From Piromyces finnis finn (Eukaryota; Fungi; Neocallimastigomycota): 64,000 bases of DNA. Position 1 is the first letter of the stretch; each line of letters begins with the position of its first letter. The position numbers and the translations under genes are program-made. Below the pieces are notes generated by a model. The model searched no databases, was not told the origin of the DNA, and worked only from the letters and a program-made list of their open reading frames with translations. This document shows, piece after piece, positions 46,072-56,083 of this stretch. The DNA lies in assembly GCA_002104945.1 (NCBI GenBank), contig MCFH01000041.1, positions 372,001-436,000 on the forward strand, written 5' to 3'.

Positions 46072-46602
46072 TAAGGCGTGTCCTTAGCATACATAAGGCT
46101 TCTGGTTCGACCCCGCAGATGTCAGTGCCTGTGGATTTTCCCACTGGGTTTGCCATGGGTTGGGTTATGATATTCAGGTAAGTATAAATGAACTTTCTAA
46201 TTTACTACTATGATAATAACACTCGTCTAGCCGGCCTGAGAGGGTCTAGTGTACATGGTACATTCCAAATTAGAACTTAATAAGTGGTGACTTAGGCTAT
46301 GCCAAAAACACATAATATTCCTTAATCAATTTAAGTGTAAACATTAGGGGGCGGTTGACACGTGATCAAATTGACTATAAGAGGCTTAGCATTGTAGTTG
46401 TGAAATATCGTACAACGACATGCATCTAATGTACATGGATTAAGTGAGCGTCGAAGCTGAAGAAACAGTATGACAGACCAGGAGGGTCACAACCACCTAG
46501 CAATAGGAATGAGCCAACGTTTCTCTAAGAACCACCATTGGAGCTAACTCTGATCGATGGGAGAAAATGCACTCGGAAGTTAAAAAAAAAAAAAAAAAAA
46601 AA
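46072..46602 (+). mobile_element. SINE-like non-autonomous retroposon
   Basis: Flanked by a 14-bp direct repeat ACAATATATTCTAT (46058-46071 and 46603-46616) and ends in GTT(A)~21. It is GC-richer than its flanks and has no track ORF. It carries a B-box-like GGTTCGACCCC near the 5' end and a 39/44-nt match to the LINE 3' region. Confidence 0.85.
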
Positions 46603-46659
46603 ACAATATATTCTATATATTCTAGCCGTTTTAATTCAAAACTCTACTACTGTAAATTA

Positions 46660-47000
46660 AGCATTACTTGACTTCTAAATGGAACTCTCATTGAACAAGA
46701 TTAGAGCTTCCATTGGCCCTATCGGTATGCCTTATTGTTGAATTTACACCTTTTGAAACATTGAACTATTGTCGGACAATGACATAAAACATGTTTTTGG
46801 TAAAAAGTTCGGTAATAATAGTCAAAAATTGAGATTCTTCCTAAGTAGCAGGCTTAATTTGACACTTGCAACGTTCCTTCCATTCCTTTGATTTATCATT
46901 ACTGTTAAAAATTCTTCCTCCAAAGAAGGAATTTAAATTTTTTTTTTTTTTTTTGTAATATCATACTAGAATAATTACACATGTATTAATAATTAATATT
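46660..47000 (-). mobile_element. Old, diverged remnant of the same LINE family (3' coding end)
   Basis: Alignable patches to the LINE 3' end, e.g. TTGACTTCTAAATGGAAC, CCTTTTGAAACATTGA, TTCCATTCCTTTGA, AAGAAGGAATTTAAAT and ACTAGAATAAT, with many substitutions and indels. Confidence 0.7.
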
Positions 47001-47571
47001 CACCTATATGCTTAAAATAATCAATAACTAATTTAATATTAAAACTATCATAACCATTCAAGAACTTTGAATAATTACGTCACTTCACTATTTCTATATA
47101 AACCTTTAGCATTATTGATGAAATCATCATCGTTGTTTTATAATCTTCATTATTAAAATAAAGAATTTTGAATTTCAACCTTTTCAAATAAAATTTTAAA
47201 AACCTTTATTTATGAACTTTCAATATACTTTCATTCCAAATAATATTTTAACTTTCTTAAAAGAATTGAATTTACCCTAGTGATGATTTACTATTTTTTT
47301 TTTTTTTTTTTTTTTTTTATTTTTTTTTTTTAACGGCATCAAATATTTTAAACTTTATTATTAATTTAATTAAAATTATAATACATGTAATAAAAAAATT
47401 AAAATTAAAATAAAAATAAAAAAAAATATGTTTAAATAAACACAAATGAATAAAAATTGGGTATAATGTATTCTAGTAATTTTAATTAAAGTAAGAAAGC
47501 CACTATCATACTAAAGTATAATAATTGTATTTGACTTCCAATGGGACACCGAGCCAAAGATCAAAATTTTG

Positions 47572-50500
47572 TCATGGAACAAAATTATGATCTCCATTGG
47601 TTGCGCTGGCCCTCCTGGCCTGTCTTACTGTTTCTTCAGCATTGACGCTCTTGGATGTTGCTTCAAACCTTTTGAACATTGACCATTGCTGGCCAATAGC
47701 AAAAGGCATGATTTTGGTTAGAAGTTCCGCGGTTACCGTCAAGAATGGTGTTCCTTCATTAGTACCAGATTGAATCTGACGCTTACAAAGTTCTTTCCAT
47801 TCCCTTGAATTGTAATTAATATTGTTAAAACTTCTTCCCCCAAGAAGGAATTTAAATATTTTACTGCACACACTAGAATAATCATACACATTAATATTCA
47901 CCGGATTATTAGAACTATTACTATCATTAACTAAATTACTATCTAAATTAGAATTATTATCTTCACTATAGCTATCATTACTAATATTATTATTTCTATT
48001 ACTACTATTGTTATTATTACTATTGTTATTACTACTATTGTTACTATTACTATTAATGTTATTGCTATCTCTACTGATATTAACATTTTCATTATTATTG
48101 ATAGGACTATTGGAATTACGTTGACTGAAAAAATTTAGTAGCTGGACTATGGAACCATAATGTTTAATACGGATATCTCTAAATGTTGGACAATCTAATA
48201 ACCAATGTTTAATACTTTGAACACCACACTTGCAACATGGACAGTAGTTAGGACAAACTGGATCAACAAATTTAGCAGCTTTGGCAACTCTAGCATCCAA
48301 CTTGTATCCGCTTCTTGCTTTCAAGAGCCAGTAGAAGCCATAGGCAAACTCTGGGTACTCATAACATAATTTAATAAAATCTTTAGTTTCAATAAATTTA
48401 TTATCATCATAATATTGCGCTTTGATTGAATTTCCTTTGAGATCTTTCCAATAAAAGTTTTTAACTGCTTTAACATCTCCATGTTTCTTTAATTTTTTAT
48501 CAAGTGTCCTACTTGATTTGCACCACGTGTATTTTCTAAATTTAGGAATGTAATTGACAAGGTGTGAGATAATACAATTTGAGTTTTTCCATTTGTTAAA
48601 ACATCTAACCTGAGCTAACGCACATTTGGCTGACAATGGAGGAATATTCAAATCTTTTGAGATAGAGTATAAAGATATAAACGATACAGCTTTATGAACT
48701 CCGGCAACCCATCGTATTCCTTTGTTAACATGCTTCTGAGCAATTCTAGACCTAGCTTTGTTGGATCCAAGTAATGGTGCAAAGTATGAAACTCTGCTAA
48801 TCACTTGTGAGTTAAGTACTAGCTTTTTGAAGGGAATAGGAATATTAGGATTTCTTAAGAATTTACTGACTGAAAAAAGTCCTTTCAAAACCTTGTTATT
48901 AAGAGCTTTAATTACTGGTTTAAGGGACAGATTCTTATCAAATGGAACACCAAGATAAGTATAACAATCAGTAGTTGGAATGGGTTGTCCTGCTAAGTAA
49001 AATGTTGGATCTCTCTTGATCTGATTTTCTATTGATTCAGGACGAATCACCATCGTTGAACACTTCTGGATACCAAATTCCATTTCATTATACAATGCCT
49101 ATTCATTAACTCTTCTAAGCATCTTTTTTAAGCATCCTCTTGTTGGAGCACAAATAACTATATCATCTGCAAAAAGTCCACCACAGCATCGAGTGTCACC
49201 TAAACTGACTCCGAGATCTTCACACTCTTTAAATATATCATTAATAAAGAGATTAAAAAGAATAGGCGAAAGTGGGCAACCTTGACGGACTCCTTTCTTC
49301 ACATCAAAAGATTTCGAGAATTGTCCATCTAATTTGACATTAGCCTTAGATGTTAAATATAAATTTTTGATAAATTGTAAACTCTTACCTCGGATTCCTA
49401 AACAATCTAATTTATGGAGAATATTACCGATTGGGACTGAATCGTATGCTTTCCTGAGATCTAAAAAGGCCAAATATGTCTCTTTATTATCTAATTGACG
49501 TCTACGGCATATTTCTTGGATTGAAATGAAAAGACTGATACTTTCTTCCTTTTTTCGAAAACCAAATTGTTCAGGTCTAATGAAATTATCCTTTAGACCA
49601 TATTCTGAGATTCTAGTGGTGACAATTTTGGAAATCAACTTAATGCCATTATTGATAAGTGATATACCTCGATAGTTATCACAATCTGTCAAATCTCCCT
49701 TCTTAGGAATAGAAACAATACTGGATTCATTCCATGAGTTGGGGAAGTCTCCATCCCAAATACGGTTGAATAATTTAAGAATAAAATTTAAACCATGAGC
49801 ATCATTATCTGAAGTGGTATTACCGGAAGAATTATTATCTGTAGCATTATTAGAATCATTACTTGATGGAATTAATGCTTTGTAAAATTCAATTGGAATA
49901 CCATCCGGACCTGATGCTTTATAATTTGGAGTAGAGAGGATAGCTGACTTGACTTCATCAATACTAATATCTTGGTTGATATCCCATTCATCAAGCATAG
50001 GGAGTGAAAAACGTTTATTCGTTGGTTCTTCATACCAATGTTCTAAATCAAGACTTACACCACTTGGATCTGATGCAAGGTTTTCGAAATGATCATGCCA
50101 CACTTCTAGTCGTTCTTCTGTAGCAACAACTAATTCTCCATTTTTATTTTTAATTGGTTGAGCAATAAAGAAAGAATCTTTTCCAATTTTTGCAGTTTTC
50201 TTGATCCATTTCCAGACCTTCTTAGGATTATGACTCTTCATATACTCACATCCTGTTTTAATCCAATGAAGATATTCTTGCTTCCTAAATTCATTACATC
50301 TTTTGTGGATGTAATCAATGAGCTTACGGTAGATTTTAATTCTTTTAATAAATTCATCTATATCATAAATTCTTTCTTTTTTAAATCTCTTATACAACTT
50401 CATTTTGATTTTTTGGAGATTAAAAATTTGTTGTGAAATATGAAATGAAGACTTTATAACATTATTTGCTGAGGTAATACTGAGCTCGTCTGCAATTGAA

Positions 50501-52077
50501 AAAGCAGTTGAAGTAAACTCTTTGGAAAGTTCATCTGTAGAAACATTAGGATCGTTGAATTTTGCTGAAAGTATTTGGAATTTATTATGACTGAGAATAG
50601 ATTCCTTTTCCTCAATACATTTTAATCTATTTCATTTCAGAATTTTCTTAGGAACATTAAAGTCATTAGAAAAACCTTCCATAGGAATAATTTTACCATT
50701 AATAAGAAGTGGCTTATGGTCTGATACAGGATAAAAATTATTTATAAATGATCCTGAGTGAATAAGATCTTTCATCTTCGAATTGATAAGAGCATGGTCA
50801 ATGTCGGAAGATTGATCACCTCGAGTCCAAGAGATAGTAGACCCTCTAAGCGGAAGAATTTCCCAATCTCCTAATCCATTAGTTGATAACCAGTTGGATA
50901 ATTTTACTTTAGACATATTAAAATCACCAACAAGAATCGATGGATGGGATGAATGAGTTTGTAACCACAAGCGAACTTCTAACTTTGCATGATCAACATA
51001 GATGTTGTGATGACTATGAGGCATATAAACATTTCCAATCGAGCATTTGAATCTATTCCAGAGACTAAAAGTATAAATAGAAATAATATACTTTCCAGAG
51101 AAGTTTTCAAGTGAGGCTTGACACGAATTGTGAAAACCTAAATATAAACCTCTCATTCCAGGAACTGATTCGTCAGCTTTCTTGAAAAAGTGTCTATAGT
51201 TTCGCAAAGTAACACGACAAGGATAATCTGTATTCGATCCAGAACCATTACCAGTTTCTTGAAAACATAAAAATAATGGTTTGAAAATAGCTGTGAAATA
51301 GCTAATACTATCTCTCTTTTCGTGATTCCACCCATTGGTGTTCCAACTAAGACAAAAAGAAAAGTTATCAGGCTTGTTGGATGAGGATGAGGAAGAATCG
51401 TTGCTATTATTATTATTATTAAAGTCATCGTTATTAATGGATGATGCATCAGAGGAATAAGTAGAACTATTACTAGATGGCTGTGAAGCTGAAGAACTAT
51501 CAACTATTGAACTGTTATTTGAGTTGATAGAACTATTAGAATTAATTGTTGAATGTTGAGATTGAAATTGTGTTAGCTGTAGATCTGGAATATTTTCATG
51601 ATGGGAAACTTGTTGAAGATCTTGTTGAAGATCTTGTTGAAGATCGGATTGTTGATGAGATTGTTGAACTGATTGTTGAAATGATTGTTGAATAGAATGT
51701 TGATGTTTATTAGAAACTAAAATTTTACGTTTGAGAGTGGAAAAAGTGTATTTGTGATTCCTTCTACTACGAGCTGAAAAGGAAATTGAGGTAACTGAAA
51801 GTTTCTTCTTTAACATGTGTAAGATTTTAATACAATCTTTTGATGAACCATGAACCTTGACTAAGAAAAAGTGATCATTGAAAGTCTGAAAATATTTAAC
51901 ACTAATAACTGAATTAAATTTATCTTCTAGAATAACCTCGAGTTTTTCCCATAGCATATTTACTGACCATGATCGAATACCACGGATAAAGAAGGAGCGA
52001 ATATCATCTAAGGGGATACCATAAGACCGGGTACCACGTCTGATATAATTCTTATCTTTAATATAAAGGACTGACAT
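47572..52077 (-). pseudogene. LINE copy 1 polyprotein: RRM-like, Q/S/N linker, APE endonuclease, RT, C-terminal CxxC..H..C motif; one reading frame of 1501 codons interrupted by two stops
   Basis: Three track ORFs (52077-50632, 50403-49099, 49095-47572) are all in one frame. APE motifs are SWNTNG, FQET, NVYMP, VGDFN and SDIDH..SDH. RT motifs are KASGPDGIP, YRGISL, QFGFR, LDLRKAYDSV, GVRQGCPLSP and FADD. Stops are TGA at 50634-50632 and TAG at 49101-49099 (TGG in copy 2). Confidence 0.9.
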
Positions 52078-52521
52078 GATAATTAATTCTAATTAAAAAA
52101 AATTGAATATAAAATAAATACTAATAAAAATTATAAATATAACGTATATGGAAAAAAAATCTGTCTCTCTCTCTCTTCTTAAAAGTACTGGATAGTACAA
52201 AAATTGTTACGATGCTTTGTTTAAAGTTTCTTTTTTTGAATTCTAGTTGTAAATTTTCTTTAAAAATTCTAGTTTTGGTTTGTTGTTAGTAAATTCGAAT
52301 CGCTTTTTGACACTAAACTTGTTTGACTTTACTTTTCATTAAATATTTAAATTGGTAAAAAATTTGAATCAAGAATGTCGACACCAGAAAGCTTGTGAAT
52401 AGTATTTTTACATGATGTAGAGTGAATCAGTCTCTTACAAGAAACAATACAACAATAGCTACATGAATATAAAAATACAATGCAAATGCTAAAGTTGACT
52501 ACATTGGATTCTTACAAGAGA

Positions 52522-52525
<4 letters not shown>

Positions 52526-52569
<44 letters not shown>

Positions 52570-55500
52570 GGCATCAAATATTTTAAACTTTATTATTAAT
52601 TTAATTAAAATTATAATACATGAAATATAAAAATTAAAATAAAATAAAAATAAAAAAAATATGTTTAAATAAACACAAATGAATAAAAATTGGGTATAAT
52701 GTATTCTAGTAATTTTAATTAAAGTAAGAAAGCCACTATCATACTAAAGTATAATAATTGTATTTGACTTCCAATGGGACACCGAGCCAAAGATCAAAAT
52801 TTTGTCATGGAACAAAATTATGATCTCCATTGGTTGCGCTGGCCCTCCTGGCTTGTCTTACTGTTTCTTCAGCATTGACGCTCTTGGATGTTGCTTCAAA
52901 CCTTTTGAACATTGACCATTGCTGGCCAATAGCAAAAGGCATGATTTTGGTTAGAAGTTCCGCGGTTACCGTCAAGAATGGTGCTCCTTCATTAGTACCA
53001 GATTGAATCTGACGCTTACAAAGTTCTTTCCATTCCCTTGAATTGTAATTAATATTGTTAAAACTTCTTCCCCCAAGAAGGAATTTAAATATTTTACTGC
53101 ACACACTAGAATAATCATACACATTAATATTCACCGGATTATTAGAACTATTACTATCATTAACTAAATTACTATCTAAATTAGAATTATTATCTTCACT
53201 ATTGCTATCATTACTAATATTATTATTTCTATTATTGTTATTATTACTATTGTTACTATTACTATTGTTACTATTACTATTGTTACTATTACTATTGTTA
53301 CTATTACTATTAATGTTATTACTATCTCTACTGATATTATCAATTTCATTATTATTGATAGGACTATTGGAATTACGTTGACTGAAAAAATTTAATAGCT
53401 GGACTATGGAATCATAATGTTTAATACGGATATCTCTAAATGTTGGACAATCTAATAACCAATGTTTAATACTTTGATCTCCACACTTGCAACATGGACA
53501 GTAGTTAGGACAAACTGGATCAACAAATTTGGCAGCTTTGGCAACTCTAGCATCCAACTTGTATCCGCTTCTTGCTTTCAATAGCCAGTAGAAGCCATAG
53601 GCAAACTCTGGGTACTCATAACATAATTTAATAAAATCTTTAGTTTCACTAAATTTATTATCATCATAATATTGCGCTTTGATTGAATTCCCTTTGAGAT
53701 CTTTCCAATAAAAGTTTTTAACTGCTTTAACATCTCCATGTTTCTTTAATTTTTTATCAAGTGTCCTACTTGATTTGCACCACGTGTATTTTCTAAATTT
53801 AGGAATGTAATTGACAAGGTGTGAGATAATACAATTTGAGTTTTTCCATTTGTTAAAACATCTAACCTGAGCTAACGCACATTTGGCTGACAATGGAGGA
53901 ATATTCAAATCTTTTGAAATAGAGTATAAAGATATAAACGATACAGCTTTATGAACTCCGGCAACCCATCGTATTCCTTTGTTAACATGCTTCTGAGCAA
54001 TCCTAGACCTAGCTTTGTTGGATCCAAGTAATGGTGCAAAGTATGAAACTCTGCTAATCACTTGTGAGTTAAGTACTAGTTTTTTGAAAGGAATAGGAAT
54101 ATTAGGATTTCTTAAGAATTTACTGACTGAGAAAAGCCCTTTCAAAACCTTGTTATTAAGAGCTTTAATTACTGGTTTAAGGGACAAATTCTTATCAAAT
54201 GGAACACCAAGATAAGTATAACAATCAGTAGTTGGAATGGGTTGTCCTGCTAAGTAAAATGTTGGATCTCTCTTGTTCTGATTTTCTATTGATTCAGGAC
54301 GAATCACCATCGTTGAACATTTCTGGATACCAAATTCCATTTCATTATACAATGCCCATTCATTAACTCTTCTAAGCATCTTTTTTAAGCATCCTCTTGT
54401 TGGAGCACAAATAACTATATCATCTGCAAAAAGTCCACCACAGCATCGAGTGTCACCTAAACTGACTCCTAGATCTTCGCACTCTCTAAATATATCATTA
54501 ATAAAGAGATTAAAGAGAATAGGAGAAAGAGGGCAACCTTGACGGACTCCTTTCTTCACATCAAAAGATTTCGAGAATTGTCCATCTAATTTGACATTAG
54601 CCTTAGATGTTAAATATAAATTTTTGATGAATTGTAAACTCTTACCTCGGATTCCTAAACAATCTAATTTATGGAGAATATTACCGATTGGGACTGAATC
54701 GTATGCTTTCCTGAGATCTAAAAAGGCCAAATATGTCTCTTTATTATCTAATTGACGTCTACGGCATATTTCTTGGATTGAAATGAAAAGACTAATACTT
54801 TCTTCCTTTTTTCGAAAACCAAATTGTTCAGGTCTAATGAAATTATTCTTTAAACCATATTCTGAGATTCTAGTGGTGACAATTTTGGAAATCAACTTAA
54901 TACCATTATTGATAAGTGATATACCTCGATAGTTATCACAATCTGTCAAATCTCCCTTCTTAGGAATAGAAACAATACTGGATTCATTCCATGAGTTGGG
55001 GAAATCTCCATCCCAAATACGGTTGAATAATTTAAGAATAAAATTTAAACCATGAGCATCATTATCTGAAGTAGTATTACCAGAAGAATTATTATCTGTA
55101 GCATTATTAGAATCATTACTTGATGGAACTAATGCTTTGTAAAATTCAATTGGAATACCATCCGGACCTGATGCTTTATAATTTGGAGTAGTGAGGATAG
55201 CTGACTTGACTTCATCAATACTAATATCTTGGTTGATATCCCATTCATCAAGCATAGGAAGTGAAAAACGTTTATTCATTGGTTCTTCATACCAATGCTC
55301 TAAATCAAGACTTACACCACTTGGATCTGATGCAAGCTTTTCGAAATGATCATGCCACACATCTAGTTGTTCTTCCGTAGCAACAACTAATTCTCCATTT
55401 TTATTTTTAATTGGTTGAGCAATAAAGAAAGAATCTTTTCCAATTTTTGCAGTTTTCTTGATCCATTTCCAGGCCTTCTTAGGATTATGACTCTTCATAT

Positions 55501-55746
55501 ACTCACATCCTGTTTTAATCCAATGAAGATATTCTTGCTTCCTAAATTCATTACATCTTTTGTGGATGTAATCAATGAGTTTACGGTAGATTTTAATTCT
55601 TTTAATAAATTCATCTATATCATAAATTCTTTCTTTTTTAAATCTCTTATACAACTTCATTTTGATTTTTTGAAGATTAAAAATTTGTTGTGAAATATGA
55701 AATGAAGACTTTATAACATTATTTGCTGAAGTAATACTGAGCTCGT
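52526..55746 (-). mobile_element. 5'-truncated LINE copy 2 nested in the 5' leader of copy 1
   Basis: Poly(T) at 52526-52566 and a 13-bp TSD TACAAGAGAAGAG at 52513-52525 and 55746-55758. Identity to copy 1 starts at (A)CGAGCTCAGTATTAC. Confidence 0.93.
52805..55744 (-). CDS. Stop-free RT and C-terminal part of the LINE polyprotein in copy 2 (lacks RRM and APE)
   Basis: An open frame with all RT motifs. The first ~20 residues of the track ORF (MLLYFFLLFMYSCSTTLLLY) come from the flank and TSD, not the element. Confidence 0.85.
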   Translation of the reverse strand, partial: ELSITSANNVIKSSFHISQQIFNLQKIKMKLYKRFKKERIYDIDEFIKRIKIYRKLIDYIHKRCNEFRKQEYLHWIKTGCEYMKSHNPKKAWKWIKKTAKIGKDSFFIAQPIKNKNGELVVATEEQLDVWHDHFEKLASDPSGVSLDLEHWYEEPMNKRFSLPMLDEWDINQDISIDEVKSAILTTPNYKASGPDGIPIEFYKALVPSSNDSNNATDNNSSGNTTSDNDAHGLNFILKLFNRIWDGDFPNSWNESSIVSIPKKGDLTDCDNYRGISLINNGIKLISKIVTTRISEYGLKNNFIRPEQFGFRKKEESISLFISIQEICRRRQLDNKETYLAFLDLRKAYDSVPIGNILHKLDCLGIRGKSLQFIKNLYLTSKANVKLDGQFSKSFDVKKGVRQGCPLSPILFNLFINDIFRECEDLGVSLGDTRCCGGLFADDIVICAPTRGCLKKMLRRVNEWALYNEMEFGIQKCSTMVIRPESIENQNKRDPTFYLAGQPIPTTDCYTYLGVPFDKNLSLKPVIKALNNKVLKGLFSVSKFLRNPNIPIPFKKLVLNSQVISRVSYFAPLLGSNKARSRIAQKHVNKGIRWVAGVHKAVSFISLYSISKDLNIPPLSAKCALAQVRCFNKWKNSNCIISHLVNYIPKFRKYTWCKSSRTLDKKLKKHGDVKAVKNFYWKDLKGNSIKAQYYDDNKFSETKDFIKLCYEYPEFAYGFYWLLKARSGYKLDARVAKAAKFVDPVCPNYCPCCKCGDQSIKHWLLDCPTFRDIRIKHYDSIVQLLNFFSQRNSNSPINNNEIDNISRDSNNINSNSNNSNSNNSNSNNSNSNNSNNNNNRNNNISNDSNSEDNNSNLDSNLVNDSNSSNNPVNINVYDYSSVCSKIFKFLLGGRSFNNINYNSREWKELCKRQIQSGTNEGAPFLTVTAELLTKIMPFAIGQQWSMFKRFEATSKSVNAEETVRQARRASATNGDHNFVP

Positions 55747-55843
55747 ACAAGAGAAGAGTAGTACTACATGAATACATGAATAAAAGAAAAAAATACAGCA
55801 ACAAAATGTATTACTCTTCCAATTAAATACTATACAAACTTAC

Positions 55844-56083
55844 CTGAGTATCAAACATTCAACTTATTCATCAAATACTTAAATTCGATGAATAAAATGT
55901 TTTTTAATCGCTCAGTACCATGAGCTTAGTCCTAATAATTTTCCCTTAAAGACTAAACAAGCATCCATTGCGCAATGCTTGGATTTAATTCTTTCTACTC
56001 TCTCAGTACCATGAGCATGAGTAGACCCCCTTGATAAACTCCATTATTAAATGAATGAAGGCACGTTCCTAAGAGGGCACTAA
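55844..56083 (-). other. Structured 5' leader of the full-length LINE (five closely packed hairpins) ending at a CAG|GTAAGT splice donor
   Basis: Inverted repeats at 55853-55902, 55910-55925, 55926-55956, 55958-55981 and 55994-56025. The donor GT is at 55843-55842. Confidence 0.6.

Larger units (their letters stand above)
47294..56083 (-). mobile_element. Full-length non-LTR retrotransposon (LINE copy 1, about 5.55 kb once the nested copy is removed)
   Basis: Poly(T) at 47294-47331 is the poly(A) tail. A 12-bp TSD GATGATTTACTA lies at 47282-47293 and 56084-56095. The element encodes APE and RT. Confidence 0.92.

Noticed and set aside
46072-46125. Bona fide tRNA gene
   Set aside because: There is no acceptor or D arm, the loop lacks U33, and the anticodon-to-T-loop spacing is too short. 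At most it is a derived head.
46074-46185. Minus strand begins ATACTTACCTG, identical to the U1 snRNA 5' end
   Set aside because: No CATTGCAC loop or Sm site follows. It is better explained as the complement of a plus-strand splice donor inside a TSD-bounded element.
46210-46265. TAACACT...GGCCTGAGAGGGTC...AGTG superficially resembles a twister ribozyme
   Set aside because: It lacks the L4 (U)CCxAAGC loop and the 3' GAGGG pseudoknot strand. It is just a GNRA-capped hairpin.
47572-55744. RIP-like hypermutation of LINE copies (stops at Trp codons)
   Set aside because: Copy-to-copy differences include transversions and changes in both directions, and only one stop is provably derived from TGG.
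55836-55985. U1-like fragments on the plus strand (ACTTACCTG, TACCATGA, ATCCATTGCGC)
   Set aside because: Spacing and four-way junction do not match U1, the U1A loop is imperfect and no Sm site is present. The region lies inside the LINE TSDs.
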